A stretch of 64,000 nt of DNA, from contig OZ037769.1 in assembly GCA_964035545.1 (NCBI GenBank), positions 9,694,129-9,758,128 on the forward strand. Reading direction: 5' to 3'. A program made the position numbers and the translations under genes. Of the stretch, positions 47,373-59,685 are shown in pieces. Numbering within the stretch: the stretch's first letter is position 1; each line of letters opens with the position of its first letter. The notes under the pieces are model-generated. The model was not told where the DNA came from. It searched no databases and was given only the letters and a program-made list of their open reading frames with translations. This DNA is from Bugula neritina (taxonomy: Eukaryota > Animalia > Bryozoa).

Positions 47373-50271
47373 ATGGTAACCTACTGAAATATGTTGCAAA
47401 CCACTGAAACATACTGCGATATACTGCAACAAAATAAAATATACTGTAACACACTAAACGATACTGCAAAATGCTGAAATATACTGTAACATACTAAAAC
47501 ATACTGCAACATTCTGAAATATACTGCAACATATCGAAGTATATAGTAATATACGAACATGTACTATAACATACCGAAACATACTGAAACATCCTGAAAC
47601 ATACTGAAATATACTAGAACATACCGAAACATACTGCAACATAAAGAATTATAATGTAACACACTGAATTATACGGCAAAATACTGGATTATGTTGTAAC
47701 ATACTGAAGCATACTGTAACATATTGAAATATACTGCAACATACTGAAAAATACTGCAACATACTGCAACATACTGAAATACACGGTAAGATATTGAACT
47801 ACACTGCAACACATTGGAATATACTGCAAAATACCAGAATATATGGTAACCTACTGAAATGAGTTGCAAACTACTGAAATATACTGCAACATACTGCAAC
47901 ATAATGAAATATACTGTACTACACTGAAAAATAATGCAAAATACTGAAATATACTGTAACATACTGAAACATACTGCAACATACTGAACTATACTGCAAC
48001 ATACTGAAATATACTGCAAGTTACGGCAGCATACTGAATTACACTGTAACGTACTGAAATACACTGTAACATATTGAAATAAACTGCAACACATTGAAAT
48101 ATACTGCAACACACTGAAACATACGGCAACCTACTGAAATATACTGCGAGACATTGAAATATATTGCAACATAGTGAAGTATGCTGTAGCATACTGAAAT
48201 ACACTGCAACTCACTGAAATATAGTGCAATATACGGAAATGTACTGTAACATGCTGAAATATACTGTAACACACTGAAGTATACTGTAATATACAGTAAT
48301 GTACTGTAGAATATTGAAACATACTGAAACATACTGCAACATACTGAAACATACTGAGACATACTGAAACATACCGCAACAAACCGAAATATTCGGTAAC
48401 ATACTGAAATATACTAGAACATACCGAAACATATTGGAACATGAAAAAATATACTGTAACACACTGAAATATACGGCAAAACACTGGATTATGTTGTATC
48501 ATACTGAAGCATACTGTAACATATTGAAATATATTGCAACATACTGAAAAACACTGCAACATAGCGAAATACACTGCAACATTTTGAAATACACTGTAAT
48601 ATTTTGAAATACACTGCAACACATTGATAAATACTGCAACATACTGAAGTATACTGCGAGACATTGAAATATACTGCCACATAATCAAATATGCTGTAGC
48701 ATACTGAAATACACTGCAACTCACTGAAATATAGTGCAATATACGGAAATGTACTGTAACATGCTGAAACATACTGTAACACACTGAAGTATACTGTAAT
48801 ATACAGTAATGTACTGTAGAATATTGAAACATACTGAAACATACTGCAACATACTGAAACATACTGAGACATACTGAAACATACCGCAACAAACCGAAAT
48901 ATTCGGTAACATACTGAAATATACTAGAACATACCGAAACATATTGCAACATGAAAAAATATACTGTAACACACTGAAATATACGGCAAAACACTGGATT
49001 ATGTTGTAACATACTGAAGCATACTGTAACATATTGAAATATACTGCAACATACTGAAAAACACTGCAACATACCGAAATACACTGCAACATTTTGAAAT
49101 ACACTGTAATATTTTGAAATACACTGCAACACATTGAAAAATACTGCAACATACTGAAGTATACTGCGAGACATTGAAATATACTGCCACATAATGAAAT
49201 ATGCTGTAGCATACTGAAATACACTGCAACACATTGAAGTATACTGTACTATACAGAAATGTACTGTAACATACTGAAACATTTGTCAACATACTGAAAT
49301 GTACTGCAACATGCTGAAATACACTGCACCACATTGAAATATACTGCAACATACCGAAATATATGGTAACCTACTGAAATATGTTGCAAACCACTGAAAC
49401 ATACTGCGATATACTGCAACAAAATAAAATATACTGTAACACACTAAACGATACTGCAAAATGCTGAAATATACTGTAACATACTAAAACATACTGCAAC
49501 ATTCTGAAATATACTGCAACATATCGAAGTATATAGTAATATACGAACATGTACTATAACATACCGAAACATACTGAAACATCCTGAAACATACTGAAAT
49601 ATACTAGAACATACCGAAACATACTGCAACATAAAGAATTATAATGTAACACACTGAATTATACGGCAAAATACTGGATTATGTTGTAACATACTGAAGC
49701 ATACTGTAACATATTGAAATATACTGCAACATACTGAAAAATACTGCAACATACTGCAACATACTGAAATACACGGTAAGATATTGAACTACACTGCAAC
49801 ACATTGGAATATACTGCAAAATACCAGAATATATGGTAACCTACTGAAATGAGTTGCAAACTACTGAAATATACTGCAACATACTGCAACATAATGAAAT
49901 ATACTGTACTACACTGAAAAATAATGCAAAATACTGAAATATACTGTAACATACTGAAACATACTGCAACATACTGAACTATACTGCAACATACTGAAAT
50001 ATACTGCAAGTTACGGCAGCATACTGAATTACACTGTAACGTACTGAAATACACTGTAACATATTGTAATAAACTGCAACACATTGAAATATACTGCAAC
50101 ACACTGAAACATACGGCAACCTACTGAAATATACTGCGAGACATTGAAATATATTGCAACATAGTGAAGTATGCTGTAGCATACTGAAATACACTGCAAC
50201 TCACTGAAATATAGTGCAATATACGGAAATGTACTGTAACATGCTGAAATATACTGTAACACACTGAAGTA
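47373..50271. repeat. Satellite block, part of a 1990-bp higher-order repeat (with an internal 510-bp duplication)
   Basis: Same decamer. ORF pairs 47454/49444 and 47669/49659 offset by 1990; 48211/48721 offset by 510. Confidence 0.97.
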
Positions 50272-53200
50272 CACAGCATAGTTAAGGTCAACCCACTGCA
50301 AAAATCATCTCGTAATCTAGTCTCAGTTCCTATATGCTAATGCTCTGTGGGCGGCATGCGTATTGCCTACTTGTTATAATTTAGCATGAGGTTGAACAAT
50401 TGCCAACAAACCATCACATTAGCTAGGGCTGTGCCTATATTTCCATTGCAACTATTATCACTATCTATTGAGCAAGCACGTGGTCGTGGCACGCCTCAGC
50501 ATCACATTATTATTACAACAGGCTAGTGCATGGTTCATTTCATGTACAATATACTTGATGCGCAAAGGAAGATGATTTTCATAACTTCTGTTCAGCGAAC
50601 AATGTAAAACTATTTTAGATTCTGGAAGCAAGCTAAATGTTTATACTTTTACTCAATATTTAGGCCTATCTATTTGGCTAGTCTAATGAAATCATTATTG
50701 ACTACAACTTTTGAAATGATAACGCAGATTTTATTTAAATAAACTAGAATGCAGATGCAACAAATAGTTTAGAGAGATGCTCTTTTCTCAAAACATAATG
50801 TTTTCAGGCTAGACTATTTATATATATCTGCTCAATACTATTGACTGACCTTAAACCAATAATACCTTTATTATTAAAATCATTTTTAGTTGCACCAACT
50901 AAAAGCTAAAATTGACTTCTTAGTGAGGACTCTTACTATCAGTTACAGACAGCCCAATAGCTTAGCATAGTAAAGAGACTTGCGTAGGTAAGATAGTTAT
51001 GTGTGTGCGAATTTATTGGTAGCTGTAAGGGGCAGATATGCAGTATTTTGTGTGACTGCTTTGAGTTTGGGTAAAGGATTTGATTGCTGCAAGTTTCTAA
51101 TAAAGCTATAGTACTTGTGTTGTCCCTTTGGTACTAGTATAAGCATTAATCAACACTCATTGAAGTGAGTTGAAACTTATATATAAAAGGTTAGAACGTG
51201 AGCCTGTGCTATAAATATTCTATTTGCTTCCTGTTGTATATACAGTCTAAACTCTGAAAGGTCCAATCAAGCCTACATGGCTTCTAGCTGAATGTCCAAA
51301 TTAACTATGAGCTATATCTTGTTGCTCAACACTGGGCTACTGGGCTACTGTGTACTGCTGGCAACTGCTAACGCGGTGTTCACTCAAGCATGATATCATG
51401 GACTTGTATACCAACTCAGAGCCAAGATTATTAACTGTTTTATGTTTCTAAATTTAGCATCTAATAGAAAAAGCTGTGTCTAGTACGTTAAACTGACTGA
51501 CACCATGCTTGCCCGAGTTAAACAGTCAAGATGAAAAGTTTTAATCTTAGCTAGGCAAGAATTGACATTTTGAAAAGAAAGCCTCCTTAAGATAAAATAA
51601 AAGATATCCATTGTGGATTCAGATTTTTTTCCAGTCTGATAGGTGTCATTTAATAAGCTCAAATATTAGCAATGCATTAGCCTATCTGCTATATTTTAAT
51701 ACTGCAGACATAATATTCCATAAACAAAATTGACTTAAGAATTTAGGCATGTGTAACAAATCAACCAGATTTATTTAAACACTAAATAGCCATTACTAAA
51801 GATCACAACAAAAATCAGTGTGGATCTTAAAGCATAACATAATTATTTTATATCTGTATGATCAGGCATAGAAGTAACAAGTTCAATAAATAAATTGAAC
51901 ATGCAGAAGGTATAACAGTTGTGAACTATTGTGAAGGAGCAAGTCAGGTCTTTTTATAGAAATATATCCTATAAGTATATTACAAACATGGGGGAAATAA
52001 TAGGTTAGTTTCCTAATTATTTTTCTCAAACGTTAAATAATAAATAATGGCAAGACTGACTTTGTAAAGAAGCAGAATCTATAGAAAATTAAGCTGCAAA
52101 AGCCTAACCAAAAGACACATTGCTAGGGTGATTAGTCCTAACGGTTATTTTAAGTTTAATTTTAGTTTTTATATCCTTTGATAAAAGTCCTATTTCCACA
52201 GGTAGAGTCTTGAGATATAGGTGTCAATTGTAGAGTATTATCCTTTTTGAATATAAAAAAAAGAGTAGAGTGGAGTAGAGAATCTAAAGATCCTATAAGA
52301 GCTGCAGCTGACATTATAGAAAGGATGTCCTGAGTAGAGATATACTAGCATTTCTTTGACAAAACCTGATCATTTATAGTAGTCCACTTCATCTAAAATA
52401 CAAATACCAGTTTTCTCAATACATGCAAAAGTAATTTCCAACATTTTCAATTTGAATTAACATGCTCATACACCACAGTTAGTACTATAATAGTCTATAT
52501 TTTGTAACATCTACTTATACCGTAATTACATAAAAGCTGCTGGTAACTGTTTAAAAGACACAGCTCATAATTAAAATTATTAGGTTGAATGCTCCCTTAA
52601 GATTGCATTTTTCAAATAATTCCCCATTATATATGGCCTACATGATGACTATACAATTCTTTTGAAACATATGCATTCCTTACATTTTAAGTTGGTCACT
52701 CAATGTAAATGTAATTTGGTATGCTGCAAGTATAAGTACAATTAGAATTCCTCAACAGAAACTCTTCAGTGCAAAAATATATTTTCTATGTGACTATACT
52801 CAACCACAGAACTCTAAATAATTTGAAAAAAGTTATGGCCAGTAATAAATTTGGATAATTTTCTTAAAGTTAATTACATAATTATAATAATAAAACCAAC
52901 TGACAATTTTGATCTAGTTTTACATCACTATGACTATTAGTATTACTATGCATTTATTGAACATAAAACTCAAACTTGAAGTTTAGTGATACTGCACAAT
53001 GCTAATAATAATACAGTTATAATAGTAATAGTAATACACAGTATAGGCCTACTGTAATATACTAATAGTACAACTAAACAAATACTATAAAATTAAGTAT
53101 AATTGTTAAATTATTGCTTGCAAGCAATATAAAATAAAAATATGTGAATTTGCTGAAGGAGGCAGTAGTACTCACTTACCCTTGAAGTTAAACTCCTAAA

Positions 53201-54247
53201 GTTAATCAAAGTACACACCTTCATCCTAGGTTCGAGAGGTAAGAGATGTTCTTCACTCAATTTTATCATAATAATCCCATCGCCAGTTGGCACGTTCACT
53301 TTGCAGATTGTAATTTAATATCGAATATTTTATTTACTGAGCTAGCTTTTACTAGTAACATATCAATCTGGGCGAGATCACCAACGCTTATAGCTACGTA
53401 TTATATTACACAGAGCGGTTTATTTGAAGGCAGCGCACTGCAGCTGTAGAATGACTAGGGTAGCCTATCCAGGAGTGGATGTAAATTATAAACGTTCTAC
53501 GTGCTTTTTGAAAGCATTATAGTGATAGCATGCAATTTAGTCATTGATATAAAATTAAAGATATTGTTTTAAAAATAATGACTTACTTAAAAAACAGTTA
53601 TTTATTTATTTTATTATTGTTTTTTAAAAAAAAATAATTGGTAAAGTTTTGAACACCCCTAATAATACCACAACTATATTCCACTCCTTTAGTTGTAACC
53701 TAATTAGATTAGAAGTCACATCTTCAATACAAACAAGCTAGGCTTAGTATTTCTGATGTCTGTATACTGCTGCATTAGCTTTAAAGTTTAAACTGTAGTG
53801 AAGCTCTAGTAGACTGAAAGTGCAAAACCTAGTAAGCTACCAACACTATAAATTGTTATAAGCGAGTAAAGGAAATGAACAGTATATGTGTACAGAAACT
53901 TGTACTCAAATACACGAACACCATAGTTATGGTTATTTGAGATGCAGTTGTATTAAAAAAAAATTGTGAATTGAATACTCATTATAGACATTACATCATG
54001 CTGAATCGGGTTACATATTTGACTATATTTAAAGCTGTTTTTATAAAATAACTTAACTAAGTTACTTATCAGTGACAAGTAATATAGCATTTAAATTCAA
54101 ACCATGAGCTCATTTCAGCTAAAAATAGCAGCACCTTGTCACTGCACATAAATGGCTGGCCACTGTTTGAGCCATTAGCAAAATGGCTTACAGCTATTGC
54201 AAGCCTGCTACATGAAAGAATTATGTATCAATCAGAAACTTCTCATT

Positions 54248-54878
54248 CAATAGACCATGTAAGATTGGTACATTTACTACCTTGTACCATTTCTAGAATA
54301 CTCACCACTATAACTTATATAAACTTCTGCAAGTTCAAATGCAAAATGCATACTTCTAGGAAATAGCTGTGCAACTTTTATTACATGCATTATTTTATTT
54401 CATATCTTGAATTTATGAATCATGAGTTCATTTTTCAAAATGTTTAATTTAAGTGCTTAAAAAATGCAAATAAAAAGTACAAGTTTAAAAAAATACCCTG
54501 GTGCAAATTGACCACAGCCCCAGCTGTTTTGGCAAAACACATTTAATGACATTTTCATTGACATAGTGGTAAATGGGCTGGTTGTTTTTGGCAGATGAGT
54601 AGCACGCTGGCTGGCTGCAACTTTATACAATTCTGATTGGCTGGACTCTACATGACCAGCTAATGATTGTATCTGATTGGCCTAATAATTCATTTGCATT
54701 TGAAAATGTAGAGTCTTATATAAGTTATAGTGGTGATATTTTAGAGTTGGTACACACCCATTTTTGGTTGAGTTTTATAGTCTGATCATGCTGTAGTCAT
54801 CTACAATACTTCAGTGTATGGGGAAATTATTAGTATTACGAAATCTGTTTTGGCTTATATTGCTATGCCAGTTTTCTG
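54248..54878 (+). repeat. Left near-perfect inverted arm (~630 bp)
   Basis: Reverse complement of 57749-58379 with roughly 8 substitutions counted by eye. Confidence 0.95.
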
Positions 54879-55835
54879 ACTTAGTTTTTCATCAACTATA
54901 TGCAGGCTGTTATAACTTCGGTGATTTCATCAGAGGTAGACATTACTTGGCCTTAGAACATCAAATCAACCAGTGCTGTTACTTGGTTGTATTGTAAAGC
55001 AGTAGTGAGAGCATAGCACATTAGCACAGTCACCAAGCTGCAATGGCAGTGGCCACACTAAACTCACCAGTTTTATTAAAATATCTTATGTAAAGCACTT
55101 AAATACACTAGCCTAGTCTGTTAGTATGTAGAGCAGTAACACAGTTACAGCAGTCACACCACCCCTCTCTATCCTGTCTACCAAGTACAGAGGTTGCAAA
55201 AATGATAATCATTTCATGATTTAGTTTTAAATCAATGCATATTACTGAATACATTCTCATGGTCTGATTACTTTGCGCTTCAGTTTACTTTAATATAATT
55301 ATTTAAAAAATTGCTTCACACGCATATTACAAATGCATGAACCTACGCTAACCATAAGTTATTTGCTTGTGTACTCACTACTATTTTTTTTAAATTTATA
55401 TAGCATTAGCTTTTTTAATCAATCACATATTAATCTGCAAGAGTTTAATTGCACAGATAATGTAGACATTTTGTATAAAAATTAGTATTAACATGTAATG
55501 CCTTGCATGTGGGTCTATATTGCCAGTTGGTATCATCACCATATAATACCATGTTGATAACCCTTTCTTGTATATGATTTACTTAGCGAAACAGCATGAT
55601 TATCCTACAAATGTAATGACATTAGCCATGGGACAATATAGTCTAGAATCTATAGACTCTAGATTCTTTTAACTGTGAAGTAATCAGCCTCAAACCATTG
55701 CTGGATGAAGTGCCTACACTTAGCTGTGAAGCTACTGCAATAACATCAACAATTTTACTAATGAGTTTTCAATACATGTTTTAGTCAGTTGGGTAAAATA
55801 CAAAGGTTCTCTGGTATGCTAGAATAAATGGTGAT

Positions 55836-56382
55836 TGTCACAAAACTGTTGGTAGCAGTGTGACGAGTTCGAAAAGTCTGGTAGTCAGAAGTGTATAGAC
55901 AAGTAGTATACAGCTTGCTAATCCAGTTGTGAATAAATAGAGTTGTGAATATAAGTATACTTTATTTCTCTAGTAAGATATGCACAGATGAATGTATTAA
56001 AATGAACTCCAAGAATGAACTTATAAAAAGGAACTCATTCGTAAACACAACTGCCTCAGTATTTATAGTAAACAAAACACTCTAGAACATTCTCAAGCAT
56101 TCCAGTATAGAAGATTCTAGTAGAAAACATTCCCGCATGCCAATACTATTTATAGAAAATCAAAACAAAACAAAACATTGGAATTTCCATGGTTATTTCG
56201 CAATTATTGCGCAACACCTTGTTTACATTGCTGGGCAGTAGTTAACATGACTAATGAAAACAATAACAATGAACAATGACCCATCTCTTTCATCAGTCTA
56301 GAATATTTATGAACATTCCTGTATAATCATTAGGAAAAACCCGGTAAGTTTATAGGTATATGTACACTCAGAATTTGTGACA
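55836..56382 (-). mobile_element. Solo LTR, 547 bp
   Basis: TGTCACAAA...TTTGTGACA (9-bp terminal inverted repeat, TG..CA). 5-bp TSD GTGAT (55831-55835, 56383-56387). Minus-strand TATAAA (56062-56067) upstream of AATAAA (55961-55966) suggests minus orientation. Confidence 0.9.
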
Positions 56383-56694
56383 GTGATTAAACATTGGATT
56401 TGATGAACATTTTTTTCTTATTGTGTGATGCAACATGATAGTTACAAAGAAATTGCTGATCCCACTAAAACTGTAATGAAGGCATTATATTTCAACACTG
56501 ACTGCATACAACATTGCTACCAACAAAATATTATCCATATATGAGGCTGTATTTTGCAAAAATAAGCATCGAGTCTGAGCTGCCATTTTCTTTCACCCAA
56601 AAACCATTAATATCAGACTTTAACTTACAAAGCATAGTGGTATAGCACATGCATATACAATAGCACACCAAAAAAATATATTAAAGTGCTACAC

Positions 56695-57100
56695 TTTATT
56701 GGTTACCAAAGGTAGCTGCAGAAAGCACAGCAGACTATTATAATATTTTCTAAAAGAGATGCAAACAGTAAGCTTACACCTCCAGGACTATTTAGGATAT
56801 CAAGTCCTTTATGGTTGATTGCTCTTTTAACCTGGATTCTAAGGATATAGCAATTAATTTAGTTTAGAGTTACTGCATTCTAGACAGTTGAAAATGGCCT
56901 TTCTTTCCAGGTGGCATGGCTAGGAAATAAGTAAATACTGTAGGAAGATCGCCATGTAGTAGAAATAGGTGTGCTCCGGAAGCACTATAGTGAAGTTTTA
57001 ATGGCTGGCATATGGTATTGGATACTATAGCCCTCGGAATGTTTTTGTCATCTTCCTGCCTCAATGGTGGTTGATGATTACTTTGAGTGAGGAAAAACAT
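56695..57100 (-). pseudogene. Decayed Harbinger/ISL2EU-type DDE transposase (C-terminal remnant)
   Basis: Minus strand reads LAMPPGKKGHFQLS (56882-56923), then after a frameshift LRIQVKRAINHKGLDILNS...LLENIIIVCCAFCSYLW* (56843 to 56703). This resembles the DDE_Tnp_4 tail L.IPPF.KGK.QLS...IA.LRIHVERAI..IK.F.IL...I..VC.AL.NL. Weaker KVII and TY..Y remnants upstream. Recognised from memory of the family, not by search. Confidence 0.7.
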
Positions 57101-57748
57101 GTATTGAAAACTCATTAGTATAGCTTCAGAGCTAGGTGCAGATATTTGCTCGAACAATGACTTGAGACTGAGAAGCTCACGTTAAATATCACTTAAAAAT
57201 GAAGCAAGCTGCTAACAAAATTACTTCATAGTTGAAAAAACTGGACTATATTGTCCTATGGCTGATGGCATTGCATTTGTGGGATAAACATGCTGTTTCA
57301 CTAAGTAAATAATGTACAAAATAGTCATGATACCAAGTAACAGTGTAGACTAGCATGCTAAGCACTACAGGTTAAAGCTCATTTTTATATAAATCGTCTA
57401 TGTTGTCTATTGCTAAAAGCTGTGCATTTTAACCCCTGCAAATAAATATGCAACCAAGTTAAAAAAATTACTGTTGTAATTTTTTTAAGTAAAATAATGG
57501 TGGGTACATAAGCTACTAATTTATGCTTAGCACATGCTTATACATGTGTTCGTCAGTGTGCTGTAAATATATGCTAGTGATGATAAATATGGTGCAGCAC
57601 TGCCATTACAGTGCGCTGACTGTGCTATGCTATTGCTACTGTTTTGCAATAGTAACAACAGTGTTTGATTTGCTGCACCTAAACAGTGTCTACCTTCGAT
57701 GAAATCACCTAAGTTATATAGCTGCCTATGGTTTATTACAAACCAAGC

Positions 57749-58379
57749 CAGAAAACTGGCATAGCAATATAAGCCAAAACAGATTTCGTAATACTAATAA
57801 TTTCCCCATACACTGAAGTATTGTAGATGACTACAGCATGATCAGACTATAAAACTCAACCAAAAATGGGTGTGTACCAACTCTAAAATATCACCACTAT
57901 AACTTATATAAAACTCTACATTTTCAAATGCAAATGAATTATTAGGCCAATCATATACAATCATTAGCTGGTCAGGTAGAGTCCAGCCAATCAGAATTGT
58001 ATAAAGTTGCAGCCAGCCAGCGTGCTACTCATCTGCCAAAAACAACCAGCCCATTTACCACTATGTCAATGAAAATGTCATTAAATGTGTTTTGCCAAAA
58101 CAGCTGGGGCTGTGGTCAATTTGCACCAGGGTATTTTTTTAAACTTGTACTTTTTATTTGCATTTTTTAAGCACTTGAATTAAACATTTTGAAAAATGAA
58201 CTCATGTTTCATAAATTTAAGATATGAAATAAAATAATGCATGTAATAAAAGTTGCACAGCTATTTCCTAGAAGTATGCATTTTGCATTTGAACTTGCAG
58301 AAGTTTATATAAGTTATAGTCGTGAGTATTCTAGAATTGGTACAAGGTAGTAAATGTACCAATCTTACATGGTCTATTG
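57749..58379 (-). repeat. Right near-perfect inverted arm (~630 bp)
   Basis: Reverse complement of 54248-54878. Confidence 0.95.
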
Positions 58380-59685
58380 CAAGCATACCAGAATTGTATT
58401 ACCATGATATAAAAAGTTGCCTACATATATAGGTGCAATAGTAGAAAAGCTTAAACAGCCTAAATTTGTCAAAAGATGCTAATTTGAGAACAGGTTGAAA
58501 TTCTCTCTAAACTTTTTTGCTGCATCTCAACATAGGGTCTAATTTATCAATATCCTCATCACTACTGCACATACCTCATACTTGGTATGCTCATGCACCT
58601 GGTAATAAGATTACTTTTAAAATAAAGTTATGCAATTGCTACTCAATTGATTAAAAATTCCCTCCAAAGATTTTTTGTAGACTCTGAATTTTTTTAATAT
58701 TTTGCATTAACAATACAATAAGCTTGGTTACAAATAATATATTATTAATATAATTTAGATTGCTGTACAGAACCACAAAATAATGTGCTTTGAAATCACA
58801 CACAAAAGCTATAAAACTCAGTGGCTATTACCTCTCATTAGCATTATAAGGTGCTTGGGCTCTCATGCAAGCTGTTTTGGACTAAAAATATATAGGATAT
58901 AAACTATAGAGTATACACTTGAACGCCACTAGCTTGGAAGCTCTGCTTCCTAGTTAGACTTCAGAAATTGCTTCATTTTAGTACAACTAATTAATCTAGA
59001 TTCAAAGTAGATTACACATTGTACAGGGTATCAGCTGTAGGCAGTACAACAACATTGCCATCACCAAGATTCCAACTACTATAGCTACTATAATATAATA
59101 ACCAGTCTCATACCGCCTAATTATTTTACTGCAGAGGTGAACTTTAACCCTTTGGTTTAGCGCGCACAACATGACTAATGGGCCGCGTGAGCTCCCTGTA
59201 ATCATTATGATGGCTACGATGCAGCGCAGCTCTACCGTGTTCAGCCAAGCATGCAGATTAAGTGAGAAGCAAAATTTCTAATAAAACCAGTGTATAAATT
59301 ACATGTTTACACTTATTCTATTGAAGCTATGCAGAAAATTTAAAAAGGTTCCAATAGACAAATATCTTATCACTCCATAGGTCAATTTTCACAAAGATAT
59401 ATCAATTAGGGATTGAATTATTTTTTGGGCACTGAGACCATGTTTTTTTGAGCAAAAATGGGCAAAATTTGGTAGTTTTTGGGGCATAAAAGTGCAACAG
59501 ATGACATAAATGAAAGTTTTAAAAAAGGTTCCAATAGAGCAGCAAGAGATATACAACATAGTTTTTGAATTTTGTTTCTAGACTCAAAATTGATTGAGTT
59601 ATGAGTTGGGCACTGTTTCATATATAATTATAATGGAGCAATGAAATTACTGATTCAGTAGAAGGATGACCTTAATCAAGCTGTG

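Larger units (their letters stand above)
54252..58375. mobile_element. Long-inverted-repeat DNA transposon, ISL2EU/PHIS-like, nested in the CACAG element
   Basis: Ends caAT|AGACCATG...CATGGTCT|ATtg, read either as an AT TSD or as a TSD-less insertion into CAA/TTG. Arms 54248-54878 and 57749-58379 are near-identical inverted repeats. Contains a decayed DDE_Tnp_4-like remnant. Confidence 0.85.
50272..59685. mobile_element. 9414-bp non-autonomous DNA transposon with CACAG...CTGTG ends and TA TSD (CMC/EnSpm-like; Tc1/mariner not excluded)
   Basis: Imperfect 22-bp TIR: CACAGCATAGTTAAGGTCAACC vs CACAGCTTGATTAAGGTCATCC (18/22). Flanked by TA (50270-71, 59686-87). Empty site GAAG-TA-TACTGTAAT at 48276-48290. 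The satellite offset across it is 11406 = 1990 + 9414 + 2. Confidence 0.92.

Noticed and set aside
50272-50306. RSS-like end (CACAGCA + 19 nt + GCAAAAATC) suggesting a RAG/Transib transposon
   Set aside because: The spacer is 19, not 12 or 23. The other end has no nonamer. The empty site shows a 2-bp TA duplication rather than 5 bp, and no RAG1/Transib coding remnant is visible.
52930-53110. AT-rich TAA/TAG/TAC low-complexity tract with small palindromes
   Set aside because: Ordinary low-complexity sequence with no defined unit or termini.
59002-59205. 67-aa minus-strand ORF with a hydrophobic stretch (YYIIVAIVVGILVMAMLLYCL)
   Set aside because: Short, in AT-rich TE interior where hydrophobic codons arise by chance; no recognisable family.
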